Shown here piece by piece: positions 43,173 through 55,600 of a stretch of DNA of 64,000 nucleotides (position 1 is its first letter; each line of letters opens with the position of its first letter). The stretch covers positions 1 through 64,000 of the forward strand of contig BAAIJX010000033.1 of the NCBI GenBank assembly GCA_054600435.1, read 5' to 3'. The stretch comes from Neophaeotheca triangularis (Eukaryota). Both the position numbers and the translations under genes were made by a program. The notes beneath the pieces are model-generated. The model was not told the DNA's origin and did not search any database. It worked only from the letters and a program-made list of their open reading frames with translations.

Positions 43173-44153
43173 GGGGGAGTTCGCGAGGTGCTCGCCCGGC
43201 GGCTTGGGTCGCCGTTCCACTTTGGTTGTCAAGGAAGCCCGAGGCAGCGTTAGCCAGCCACCTCCTGTTGTTTTTATCTGCTTTGCGGTCTTGGTGTAGG
43301 TTTTGCTATCGTGGCGACGGTGAATACTACTACTAATAAATAGGCACAGGTAGTTATATAGAAAGCTGAGCATGCGAACGATGAATGGCCAGTCGGGAAG
43401 TTGAGAGTTCGGATTGGGTAGGAGGCGAAAACAGATCAAGGAAGGCTGTTATTGATTTTTATTCGTCCAAGACTCAAATCTTAATAAATAATTGATTGGA
43501 AATAGTTAAGGCACGGACATAGCGCACCTCAAGCTGCGGCTGCCGAGTCTGCTCTCCCTCCCGTCTCCTCTCTCTCCTCTCTCCTGGGTAACGACCAACG
43601 AGGCTAACGGCATTCCTGAACTGACTCTCGTGCTCGCCCCCCAACTCCGACGCCATCCACATCACCACAATAATAATAAACCGTCGACGGCGGCAGACTA
43701 CCTACACTCGTTTTTATTTCCATTGCTGTCATTCCTCAACCTCACCACCACCACCACCACCACCACCTCCAACCCCCCCCGTTCCTACCTACCTACCTCT
43801 GACCGCCAGCCGGCCGACCGTACACGACCGTACACGACCGTACCATCGCGTCCCCACCCTGCACCTCTTTTCCCGCCGCGAGACAACGCGACCAACACAA
43901 ACGCTTCTGTTCCGCATCTACTCGACAAATTCCCCACAACTGCGGCGCCGACCTTGCTGTCAATGCTTTAATATTCCTTCCACCCGTCACGTCAGGCAGG
44001 GCAGGACATACCCTTCGTCGCGGCAAAAAGAAAGCGCACACCACTACCCCCAGGCACCGCTCAGGGCCTGCCAACACCCAACAGCCCGCTGTCTCGACTA
44101 CCGGAACACGGTGCAAGAGAGAGCACAACCACACACACTTGCTGCTGCATGCG

Positions 44154-47100
44154 ATGCGAAACATTCTAACCCAGCTCTTGGCCATTGGCCCTGAGCTAGC
44201 TTCTTTCATACTGTCTTCACCTCTCCTCTTCGCTTCGGGTGCAAATGCACAAACCCCAGAGACCGTCCCTTCTCCGGACCTGGATCTCCGTCAATTAGGC
44301 CGTGTCGCGCTCGCTGGAAACTTTGACACAATATCCCTCTACACTTATCAAGGCCAGAACGAGCAGAGCCTGAATCTCAACGGCAGTCAGTCGCTACTCA
44401 CCCGCTATCCGAATGGAGACTTTTACGATGTGGCCCTGACGGATGCACACATCCATACAATGTGCCCGTTTGTTCGGGAAGATGGAGATCTAGCTGGGGT
44501 CATGGTTGGAGGCAATTTCACGAGTCTAGGCGGGCAGAGGGCGCAAAGCATAGCGTTATACAACCCGGAGAACGGTACGGTGAAAGCATTACCTGGGCTT
44601 AGAGGGCGCGTGAATGCTGTCTACTGCGACGAGGACTCGGGCACTGTATACGTTGGAGGGTCTTTGATGGGTTCCGATTCCACCAACGCTATTACCTGGA
44701 CATCCGACTGGACAAACCTGCCGTTTGCGGGCTTCAATGGCGAAGTCACGTCAATCACGAAGAACGCAGCCGGTAACATTGTCTTTGGCGGTGCATTCGA
44801 TGGCTTGGGAAACACTACGACTACCCCAGACGTTCCCGACGCGCAGGTCATCAACTTGGGGTCTGGAAACGTCACTGCGAACGGCAGCACTGATCGCGAA
44901 GGCTATTCTGACCCCAGGAACATCATTTGCAGCACGTCGGAATCCAGCGGCGAGGGTGAGGTCTGGCTTCTTGCTGACGACACACCCGGGTACTGGCAAG
45001 GCGAATACGGCTTCGGGTTCAATCCCACGAAATTGAGGCTTTACAACACTCAAATTGAAGGGAGAGGCACCGAATCCTGGTATTTCGAGAACTTGAACAG
45101 CGGGGGAATCATGGCCCTGAACTACACCAACCCGCAGGGCGAGACCAACACTTGCTACTCGCAATGTCCGCTACCAGAGGGCAACTCCACTTATCAGGAC
45201 TTCTATTTCGTGCCTCCTGTGGGGATGGATGGGTTCAGGATCCACATCACTAGCTGGTATGGTGCTGGAGGCGGCCTCTCCGGTGTTGAGCTCTTCCACG
45301 ATGCCATGACCACCTATGCCATCGACAGTTTCAACTCGCCCGAGTGCGACGTGGTCGGTAATAACGGATCGAGTTCGACTGTGTCCCCCGAGGGCCTATG
45401 GACAAGAACTCCGAACAATGGCCTTACCGACTCCGACTACCTCACCGCATTCGCTACCAACGGATCTGCCTTGAGCAATGATACATTCGTTACGTTCACT
45501 CGGGGCATACAGCAGGCTGGAAACTACACAATCACAATCTTCACCCCCGGTTGCATCCAAGATGACTCGTGTGACACTCGAGGCATTGTTGCTGTCACCG
45601 TGCAGGGTGAAGAGGACAGTGACCCTGTTACTACGCAGGTGTACCAAACGAACAACTACGCAAAAATGGAGCAGATATACTCCGGCCCTCTTGACGTCAG
45701 CACTGACGATTTCTCGCCCACCGTGACCATTGCGCCTGCAGAAGGGCAAGAGGTTCCGCTCACGATTGTTGCCCAAAGGCTTGACTTCAATCTCACAACC
45801 ACCACTGGTGGGCTCAACGGTCTCTTCGAATACGACCCAAGCCAGGATAATATCGACACCGACTTCTCGAACAACACCATTGATGCTGCGGGTATGAGCC
45901 TTGATAGAAATGCCCAGATCAACGCCCTAGCCACCTATGAAGACCGCCTTTTAGTCGTCGGCAACTTCTCTGGCGATGACATTCAGAATGTCATGGTTGT
46001 TGAGGACGACGCGGAATCCGTGGCAGGTGGTGGCCTCAACAATGCTGTGGCGTGTCTCTACCAAAATGGCGACGATGCCTCGACGATTTACATGGGTGGC
46101 AACTTCACCAGCACTGCAGACGACGATGAGCAAGGCCTGAACCACGTAGCCGTCTACTCAATTTCGGATGACTCCTGGAGCTCCCTTGGCGCTGGTGTCG
46201 ATGGCCCCGTCACTTCTATTGTCCCGCTCATGGTAAACATCACTTCGGATGACCCAGCCGAAGAATGCATTGCAATCACAGGCGACTTCGATCAGATCAA
46301 CGGCTTCGACGACAATGACGATGCGGACGCCGATGGCTTTGCAATCTGGGTACCAAGTCAAGAGAACTGGCTCGCCAATATTGAAGACTCGGAGGTCACC
46401 ATTCGCGGCGAGCTTGTTGCCTTCACCAACGTGCCCGACAGTGACCGCCTTTACGCTGGTCAGATCATCTCGGAAACTATTGGCTTGAGCGGCGCAGTCG
46501 AGCTGGTCGGTTCAGACAGCAGCGCTTCCCTTGAATCTTTGGGAATCCAGATATCTGTCAATCCTTCATCCTCGGCAGGTCCATCCCGAAAGCGAGCCAT
46601 CGGTCCGGGGCTACAGAATTACACCGGCGTTGTCGACGGCCAGTTCTATGGCGACAATGGTCTGAACATCACCATACTTGGTGGGCAGTTCACCGCTACT
46701 GGCAGTGACGGTTCTACTGTTGAAAATCTCGCATTCATCAACAACACCGCCGACGATCAGACAATCACCGGCGTTGATGGGCTGGATTCCGATTCAATGT
46801 TCCTCTCGTCTGATACCTACGAGACCATGTTGTTCGCTGGGGGTGCTATCAGTGGCACGATCAACGACATGCGCGTCAATGGGTTGATCGTCTACGACCT
46901 CGAAGCAGCAGAGCTTGTCTCTCCGCATCCGCCGGCCCTTCAGGGTGATGAAGTTGTCGTCAATGTTGTCGCGACCCGGCCCGGCTCCTCGGATGTTTAC
47001 GTCGGTGGCAGCTTCAACTCGGCAGGCTCGCTGTCGTGTGGCCCGCTCTGCGCCTACGACACCGAGGCTCAGCAATGGAACTCTCCTGGCTCCGGACTCA

Positions 47101-47870
47101 GCGGCGTGATCTACTCTATGGTATGGTCGAGCAGCAACCAGTTGATCATTATCGGTGACCTTTCCGTAGGCGGCAATGAAACGTCAATGGCCACATACGA
47201 CGCCGAGGAACAAGAGTTTGCCGAGTTTGCCGACACGAGCTCTCTGCCTGGGCAAGTCACTGTCGCCACACCTGGCTCGGGCGATTACGACTCTTTCTGG
47301 GCTGCCGGCTCGTCTTCTGAACACCGCGCCGACTTTTTGGCGAAGTACACCGAGGAAGACTCGTGGACCACTGTTGATGGGCTTGCCGAGGGCACTTCTA
47401 TCCGGGGTCTGCAAGTACTCTCTCTCGACTCTGACCACGACTCGACCGACCTTCTCGACGACGGGGATATACTTCTAGTCACGGGTAACATTGTCCTTCC
47501 AGACTCTGGCAACTGCAGCGCAGCACTCTTCAACGGCACCTCCTTCCAGCCGTTCCTTCTGACCTCCACAAGCGACGGCTCACCAGGCTCCATCAGCCGC
47601 GTCTTCGTAGAAAACCCAGACAATCTGATGAATCCCTCTTCGTCAAGCAACTTGGCGCTCGGTTTCGTCGTGCTCATCGGTCTCGCAATCTCCCTGGCCC
47701 TAATCATGATCCTCGTACTCATCGGTCTCCTCGCCGAAAGATGGCGACGTAGGCGAGAAGGCTACGTCCCCATGTCTTCGTCCATGGAAAGGAGCGGAAA
47801 CCTCGACCGCATACCCCCGGAGACGCTGTTCCAAGGGTTAGAAGAGAAGGAGAAGCCTCCAAGAGTATAG
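44154..47870 (+). CDS. RAX2: Cortical polarity landmark protein Rax2 (type I membrane protein)
   Basis: Signal peptide, PDLDLRQLGRVALAGNFD, repeated GGNFT/GG.F beta-propeller motifs, PTKLRLYNT, TPGCIQD..C..RG, and a C-terminal TM (GFVVLIGLAISL) followed by RRRREGY. Confidence 0.9.
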   Translation: MRNILTQLLAIGPELASFILSSPLLFASGANAQTPETVPSPDLDLRQLGRVALAGNFDTISLYTYQGQNEQSLNLNGSQSLLTRYPNGDFYDVALTDAHIHTMCPFVREDGDLAGVMVGGNFTSLGGQRAQSIALYNPENGTVKALPGLRGRVNAVYCDEDSGTVYVGGSLMGSDSTNAITWTSDWTNLPFAGFNGEVTSITKNAAGNIVFGGAFDGLGNTTTTPDVPDAQVINLGSGNVTANGSTDREGYSDPRNIICSTSESSGEGEVWLLADDTPGYWQGEYGFGFNPTKLRLYNTQIEGRGTESWYFENLNSGGIMALNYTNPQGETNTCYSQCPLPEGNSTYQDFYFVPPVGMDGFRIHITSWYGAGGGLSGVELFHDAMTTYAIDSFNSPECDVVGNNGSSSTVSPEGLWTRTPNNGLTDSDYLTAFATNGSALSNDTFVTFTRGIQQAGNYTITIFTPGCIQDDSCDTRGIVAVTVQGEEDSDPVTTQVYQTNNYAKMEQIYSGPLDVSTDDFSPTVTIAPAEGQEVPLTIVAQRLDFNLTTTTGGLNGLFEYDPSQDNIDTDFSNNTIDAAGMSLDRNAQINALATYEDRLLVVGNFSGDDIQNVMVVEDDAESVAGGGLNNAVACLYQNGDDASTIYMGGNFTSTADDDEQGLNHVAVYSISDDSWSSLGAGVDGPVTSIVPLMVNITSDDPAEECIAITGDFDQINGFDDNDDADADGFAIWVPSQENWLANIEDSEVTIRGELVAFTNVPDSDRLYAGQIISETIGLSGAVELVGSDSSASLESLGIQISVNPSSSAGPSRKRAIGPGLQNYTGVVDGQFYGDNGLNITILGGQFTATGSDGSTVENLAFINNTADDQTITGVDGLDSDSMFLSSDTYETMLFAGGAISGTINDMRVNGLIVYDLEAAELVSPHPPALQGDEVVVNVVATRPGSSDVYVGGSFNSAGSLSCGPLCAYDTEAQQWNSPGSGLSGVIYSMVWSSSNQLIIIGDLSVGGNETSMATYDAEEQEFAEFADTSSLPGQVTVATPGSGDYDSFWAAGSSSEHRADFLAKYTEEDSWTTVDGLAEGTSIRGLQVLSLDSDHDSTDLLDDGDILLVTGNIVLPDSGNCSAALFNGTSFQPFLLTSTSDGSPGSISRVFVENPDNLMNPSSSSNLALGFVVLIGLAISLALIMILVLIGLLAERWRRRREGYVPMSSSMERSGNLDRIPPETLFQGLEEKEKPPRV

Positions 47871-48782
47871 TAGGGAGAAAGACCCCACTATTTCACGACC
47901 GGGACGCTGCTACGACACACATCACTACCACAAAACCACACCAATACATATCTTCGATTCCCCCTTCGCTATTTTTCTGGAACCAAGCGACGGGCGTCCC
48001 ATGGCGTTGCCTACTTTCACATTCACCAAAACGGGTTGGACACTTATTTTTTTTGCTTCCATGGTTCAGGCTAGAGATGTGCCTTGCTCACGCTATTTGC
48101 TTGGCGGTCTGATTGATTGTTTTTGTTTTTGGCCACTTATACTGATCTTCGTCCTATGTTTTAGTGAAATGGGAGGCTTTTTCCTATGTATTCACGGATA
48201 TTAGGGCCGAGGCAAAGGGAAGCAGATCGGACCGGTGGACTCCAGCGCAAGGAGGGAAGGCCAGGAAGGAGAAGGCACGTGGTTGCCCGAAACCTGCGGA
48301 CTGTTGCGTGTGGAAGGGAGGCTGCTGGGATGGGTTCAGCGAAGGGCTATGGAGCGAGTAGAGGCTTGTGCATGGTTCGCACCCAAGTGGCGCGCCTTTA
48401 GAAAAGGCCGGCGGGTACAGTGAGGCGCTGGTAGCACTAATGTATATTTGTACCACAACTTGAGAACCAATCACTGTCACTTTCACAGCTTGCCATTCTT
48501 GCATTGAAAAATGCTCGCGAGAGATACAGTAGAGTTCGTGATTTGTTCGGCTTGTAACCTTGGAAAAAGTAGAAAGCAAAAGATAACTAGGGACTCGCTC
48601 GTTAGGTATTTCCCACGGCCAAGATGCTTTTCTTCCCATCTGCTCAGCCCTTCCCTTCCCTAACGCCTCGCTCCACCCACACAAATCACTCATAATAACG
48701 CCAAATCGAAAAGCAGCCGTCTCGAAATCTAATCAATCAACAAACGCCAAACGCCTTTTCTCCCCCAGACTCAATCAATCAA

Positions 48783-50359
48783 TCAACGCTTCGGCTCATT
48801 CCGGCTCGAAGGTCTCGAAGCGCTCGAGCCCCTCGAAGTGCTTCCCTTGGCGTAATGGCCGGGATCCAGCGTCTGCTCGTTGCGGCTCGAGGGTCTCGAC
48901 GCTTGCGCGTTCTGTACGGCGTTGAGTGCCTCCTCTTCCTGCTCTCTCGCTTGCGTTTCGCGGACTTTAGCCATTACGACCTGCAGAGTCGTAGAATGTC
49001 AGTATGATGATCGGACTCGGACGTGAATGGTCGATCAGTGATGTCGTAAACTCACCTCGCGAAAGATGGCACCCTTTGCTACCTTGCTCAGACTGTGCTT
49101 TCTCTTGCCTTCGCCATCTTCTGGAGGCTTCAAACCCCCACTAGGAGTCCGATTCGCATCCAGAGCCTGCTTGGCCGCCTCAGAGGAATCGGCCGGAATA
49201 TCAGCCTCCTCCTGCTCGTTCGTTTCCTCATCCTCCTGCATTTTCAAAGACTCGATGCGGTTCGCGAGCTTGACGAGCTCGATACCACGACGCAGACGTG
49301 CTTTGGCCATGTATGCCTTGATTTCTGGCAGCAAATTGTGGTCCGTGGCACCCTTGCCTGCGATCCAGGGATCTGCCAAGGCTTGCGCAGAGGTTGCACG
49401 GTCGTAAGGGTCGGCTTTGAGAAGAGTGAGGATGAAGGTTTTGGCTTCGTGGGAGACGTCTTTCCAGTAACGCTCGTGGAAGACGACGCGGCCGTGCTTC
49501 GTTTCTTCAATCAGGTCGGGGAGGCTCTCGGAGCGGAAGGGGCTGTAACCGCAGAGGAGGGTGTAGGTGATGACGCCCATGCTCCACATGTCGACGGGTT
49601 TGCTGTGGCCCTTTTTGAGCATCACCTCGGGTGCCGCGTAGCCGAAGCTGCCGGCCATGGTCTTGAGCATGCCGTCGGGGGTGTCGAGATGCTTTGCGAT
49701 GCCAAAGTCTGCGAGTACGAGGCCGGAGTCTTGGGCTTTGGAGATGTAGAGGAGGTTCTCTGGTTTGAGATCGCGATGGACGACGCTGTTGGAGTGGAGG
49801 TAGTTGACTGCTTCCAATACTTGTCTGATGGTCTGACTGGCATCCTTCTCCGTGAACTTGCCCTTTTCGCAGATGCGGTCGAACAGTTCTCCCCCCGTCG
49901 CCAGCTGGGTGACAATGTAGTATTTATCCCTCGACTCGAACCAATCGACGAAGCGGACAATGTGTGGGTGACGCAAACGCTGCAACATTTCCAGCTCGTC
50001 GAGGACCATTTGATCGTTGCCCTTGACGTTCTTTTTGAGTATGATCTTGACCGCTACCTTGCCTTCTGGGCCGTCGGCTTCCTTGACGATACCATAGGTG
50101 CCGGCGCCGAGGGTGCGTCCGAAGCGGTATTTTGATTTGCGGTCGTAGCTGTCGGGCTGACCGGAGAGCTTGTTAAGCATGTTGGTGACTGGGGGAGTTG
50201 CTTGTCAGTTACTGTCACTGGTACCCACTTGAGCTATTCTGGGTATGTCACTCGCAGTCTTTAGGCCGAGTTCGCACGATAGGTATAAGGATAGGGGGAT
50301 ATTGTCGGCGATATGGGAGGAGAGTGGGTGGTAGTGTATGGAGACGACTCACGGGACAT
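48783..50359 (-). CDS. CMK1: Ca2+/calmodulin-dependent protein kinase (CmkA/Cmk1-2 type), 3 exons
   Basis: [14 protein letters not shown] via intron 50189-50352. [31 protein letters not shown] and the CaM-binding [11 protein letters not shown] are present. Intron 48981-49055. Confidence 0.92.
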
Positions 50360-50682
50360 GATGGCTTTCTCTTTTCGGCAGCCTCGAGGCGCCGCTTGTG
50401 GTTTCTGTCCGAGTGTCTGGCTCGAGGAAGTGGTCTGCTCTTTCTCGAACGACTTCCAAAGGTTGTGATGTAGGTAGGAGACGGGAGCTTGTAAGGCAAA
50501 CGGCGATGACGGCTGCTTCCAGTCGAGGTTGTTCTTTCTTTGTTACGAGTCAAGGAGGTGTCGAGGAGGGGAGGGAAGGGAAAGACGGTCTTTGTGTGTG
50601 TATTTGGTGTATTAATAAAAAGTGAAAGAAGGATAAGAGGAAGGAAGAGGGTCGACAGTGACAGTGGCAGGGCTGAGAAGGG

Positions 50683-50750
50683 TAGTAAGTAGTAAGTAGT
50701 AAGTAGTAAGTAGTAAGTAGTAAGTAGTAATAAGTAAGTAGTAGTAAGTA
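50683..50750. repeat. (TAGTAAG)n 7-bp tandem repeat, degenerating at its 3' end
   Basis: About 6-7 perfect units followed by imperfect ones. Confidence 0.9.
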
Positions 50751-51447
50751 GTTGTTACTTACTTAGCTGCGCCTCTCCTGGCCGAGGGGCTGTGCTCTAG
50801 AACTGCGACAGGTGCTGCGACCATTGCGACTGCTGCGACTGCTTGTGTGTCTGAGACGCGAATCTGCTGAGGCTTACCTTACTTAGGTTGACCTCGATGC
50901 CTAGAGAGAGACACGTACGTCAAGTATCAACGAAATTGCATGCTATGCTATGCTATTTTCTGCCCGTCACTTGCCCATTTACACTCTGATGGTCGGATTC
51001 CACTTCGCATGACTTGATACATGAGCATCTGCTTGCATCTTTCCCAATCCGGAAGGGACGTCTGCCACCTCCTAGTGGGGCAGTGGAGACTTCACGGCCC
51101 GACGTCCGTTTCGCCCCACGTCACATGCCGGCGCTAACATGGACCATGACCGAGCGGAGCTAGAGGTGTCCATGGATGTTAATGAAGTGAGAGGAATACA
51201 GTACATACCTAGGTAGTCCCTTATTGTAGTCATTTCCAGGCTCCAAACCTACAAACCTCACCTGCGACCTTTCGCCCAATTCCCACGCCTTCGTCCCTGA
51301 CTTGTCAATAAACACTTTGCTGGCAACCACCGCCCTCTCTCCCCTCTACCAATCACCCAAGCTTGTCTCTCCCCGCAAGCCCTTGGATTGATCTTCCTAC
51401 CAACACTACCACATCATCCTTAACACTCGAACCAAAACCTCGCAAAC

Positions 51448-52096
51448 ATGGCGCAACCCATGGGTACCAAGCGCCTGCAGAAAGAGATGATTAGGGCACG
51501 CAATGACCCGCACCGCGCCAACACCACCCAAAGGACACCACCATTAACCAAAAAAACAGGTCAACGCCCCCCTGCCCCCAGGCATCACCCTAGTCACGGC
51601 CCCCAACCTCCGCTCCTGGGACCTCGACATCCAAGTTCTCGACAACCCTCTCTACGACCCCGATGAGAAATTCCGCCTGCGCTTCCTCTTCTCCCACTCC
51701 TACCCCATCGAAGCCCCCGAAGTCGTCTTCGTCCCCCTCCCAGCCGACGAAGACCTCCCCGAAGGCAGAAAGGTCCCAATGCACCCGCACATCTACTCCA
51801 ACGGCATCATCTGCCTCGACTTGCTCGACGCGCAGGGCTGGAGCCCCGTGCAGAACGTCGAGAGCATTTGCATCAGCATCCAGAGCATGCTCGCATCCAA
51901 CACCAAAGCGGAGCGTACGTGTTCACTCACACCAAACACAGACCACAGGTCGGGCAAAAAGCACGATAGTAAGAATGTGTAGCTGACGAGATATGTCCTC
52001 TCCCCTCCAGGCCCTCCAGGTGACGCCGAGTTTGTGCGTTCGAACCGCCAGAGACCGCGCGATATCAACTTCCTCTACCATGATCCCAGCGTCTAA
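51448..52096 (+). CDS. Ubiquitin-conjugating enzyme E2, UBE2W-like, 3 exons
   Basis: KRLQKE, YPIEAPEV, HPHIYSNGIICL (catalytic Cys), WSPVQNVESICISIQSMLAS and a C-terminal YHD. Introns 51496-51559 (GC-AG) and 51915-52010. Confidence 0.88.
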
Positions 52097-52698
52097 CATG
52101 TCACATTCTCCTTTTCTAGTCAGAGTGGCCAAATGAGGTTTACACGGAGGAGAACCTGAGGGCAAAGGATCACAGTTTCATTTCAATAGGCCCGGGCTTC
52201 TTGATCACTCACCGCGGTGTTTTCTATGAGGCATGAGCGTATTGTCGGCCAAAGCGAGGCGTCGGGCGTATGGAAGGTCTTGCAAGACGGAATATTCGAG
52301 GGGACACTTTATTCACGGGGGTGCGGTTGAAGATGGGAGTGGAGTTTACATGGCAAGGCGCACGTGAGGGCAATACGGCTATAGCTCGATTATACCCTTC
52401 CCAGCCCGAGAAAACCTGAAATACGATTCAGAAATCGGTCTCATCGACAGCATCTGAAGATGCAACACTACTGCCACCAGTCTAGTGAAAATCAGAATAC
52501 ACATGATACCAATCTCTAACCCTCCCCCTCCAACCCTCTAAATGACCCCAAAAGCCATTCACAATACAAATCGAGTCTACGCTAAACGCAAACTTGTTCA
52601 GACACCTAACCATAAGTAGCCACTGAGTAACGCCTGGTATACCTTGTTTTCTTGGGCACGGAAGCTCGTGAGATCGCGAGTCTTTGTTTGTTGTTTGA

Positions 52699-55600
52699 CT
52701 ACAAAGGCTTGCCACCGATGAAGTCGCTCCACCTCCTGACTTCACTGGGGATGCCTTCGCCCTTGGGCAGCTTCTTGCTCATGCATTCGGCGAAGAGGAC
52801 GGCAGTCTGTTGTAGCGATGGTCAGTGTTCTGTTCTTCATCATCATGCTGTAGTAAATGGGAAAGAAACATACCCTAGGCTCCATGAAGAGCGGCACACC
52901 AAAGTCCACGGCGTTACGCCTCATGACATAGTCCTCGTCCACCATGCTGCTGGCCCTGGCCTTGGCCAAGTTGAAGACACCCTTGAGGTCGTACTTCTCA
53001 AACACCTGCCTCAAGGCCCTCTTGTCTTCCTTGGGGAACTCAATAACCTCCACATTGACGCTGCCGTCCTTGCTGCCGTTCTCGAGGTGCTTCTTGACAT
53101 CCTCATTGGCCGCGTAGAGTTTGTAGCCGAGAGGGTTGAGGAAGTCGACAATGGTGGCGAGGTCGGGGGTGTTGACATCACCACCGAAGAGCAGACCCTC
53201 ACCCGGCAGGGGAAGGCGGAAGTTCATGGTGCTTTGCATGGCGGTCCAGTAGGCCTCGACGAGATCAGTACCGAAGCATGCCATTTCACCTGTGCTAGCC
53301 ATTTCTACACCGAGGTAGGGGTCAGCACCAGCAAGACGAGTCCAGGAGAATTGTGGGACCTTGACAGCCAAGTAGTCACGGGCGACAGACATGAGGTCAA
53401 CGGGTTCGGGAACATCCTTTTGGAGGAGCGCGCGGGTGGCAACGTCGATGAAGTTGGTACCGAGGACCTTGGAGACGAAGGGGAAAGATCGGGAGGCACG
53501 GAGGTTGCATTCGATAACCTTGAGCGCCGGCTCCATTGAGCCATCCGCAGAAGATGCGTTGATGATTTGCATGTTGAAAGGACCGGTGATCTTCCAGGCC
53601 TTGGCAACCTTTTCGGCAATCTCTTTGACGCGCTCGACGGTTCGCTTGGGCAGGTGGGCGGGTGGGAGTACTAGAGAAGCATCACCGGAATGAACACCGG
53701 CGTTCTCGACGTGCTCACTCACAGCATGCACAAGCAATTTGCCGTTGGAAGCGACAGCGTCGACATCAATCTCCTTGGCGCCTTCAATGTATTGCGTAAT
53801 CACCACAGGGTGGTCGGGAGAAACGTTAGAGGCTGCCGTGAGCTTGTCTTGGAGCTCGTTCTCAGTCCTGATAACCGTCATGGCGGCGCCGGAGAGGACA
53901 TAAGAGGGTCGCACAAGGACAGGGTAGCCGACCTGGTTGGCAAAGTTCTTCGCCTCGTCGTACGAAGTGAGCTCCTTCCACGCGGGTTGGTCCACACCGA
54001 TGCTGTCGAGAATTTGAGAGAACTTGTGGCGATCCTCGGCTTTGTCAATGTCTTTGGGGTCGGTGCCGAGGACCTTCGCCTTGCCGGTCTCCTGCAGACG
54101 GAGAGCAATGTTCTGAGGGAGTTGGCCTCCGACAGACACCACAACACCTGAAGCAGATTCGAGCTCGTAGATGTCCATGACCCGCTCATAGCTCAGCTCC
54201 TCAAAGTACAACTTGTCAGGGAGGTCGTGGTCGGTAGATACGGTCTCTGGGTTGTACTGAATGCGCGATAGATTAGTATGTGTAAATGCCTGGTGAAACA
54301 AAGTAAATGCTAAAGTAAAGATGTAAGGAGATCCTCAGGTCTGATGTGATTGAAGTGGCCTAATCGAGCTCCGGGACGAGGCTAAAAGATGTCGAGATGG
54401 GCCATCGTCATCTGTGACTGAGAGGAGACAGGATATTGCGTTGCTCCAGAAGGATGTGGCCATGTTAGTAACCAAGGAAAAACAAAACTACTTACGTTAA
54501 TGACGACCGTCTTCTTGCCCAAATCTTTGAGTGACTGAGTAGCATTGACAGCACACCAATCGAACTCGACACTGCTTCCAATCCTGTAAACACCAGATCC
54601 GAGAACCAAGATACCGTGGTCGTTGAACTCCACATCGTGTGAGGTTGCATTGTAAGTTGTGTAGAGATAGTTGGTATCGGCCGGGAATTCAGCCGCAAGC
54701 GTGTCGATCTTCTTCACGAACGGGGTGATGCCAAAGTTCTTTCGGCGAGCGCGCACATCATCTTCAGAGCTGTTGACAGCGGCGGCGATTTGCTTGTCAG
54801 AGAATCCGAGCTTCTTGGCGTGCATCATGAGTTCCTTCTTGACGCCGAAAATCGAGCCAATGTCTTGCAGTTCGTGAGTGCAATCGACGATGTTCTGGAT
54901 CTTGTACAGGAACCATTTGTCGATACGGCTGAGTTCGTGAACGCGGTCAACAGTGTAGCCTTCGTGGAGCATAGCCTGGCCGACGGCCAACCATCGTCGG
55001 TCGGTTGGGTTCTTCAGGACGTCTTCCAGATCTTCAAAGTGATCTCCCTCTAAGCCGTGGAATCTGGGGTCTACCTGTCTGATGGCTTTTTGGAAACTTT
55101 CCTCGAATGTACGACCAATCGCCATGACTTCACCAACAGATTTCATGGAGCTGCCAATGCTGCGGTTGACGTTTTGGAATTTGGACAGATCCCAGCGGGG
55201 AATCTTTGTGACGACATAATCCAGAGAGGGCTCGAAGTTGGCAGTTGTCGTTCGCGTTACGGCATTGGGAAGTTCAGGGAGGGTGTGTCCAAGACCAATC
55301 TTCGCAGCAGTGTAGGCGAGCGGGTATCCAGTAGCTTTCGAGGCGAGGGCAGAGGAACGAGACAGACGAGCGTTGACTTCGATGACACGGTAGTCGAGAC
55401 CATCGGGCTGCAGAGCGTATTGGACGTTGCACTCTCCGACGACACCGAGATGCCTGACAATCTTGATGGCAGCAGTTCGCAACATGTGGTACTCTTCGTC
55501 GCTCAGGGTCTGACTGGGCGACACTACGATACTGTCTCCAGTGTGGACACCTAGCGGATCGAAGTTCTCCATGTTGCAAACAGTAATGCAGTTGTCACTC

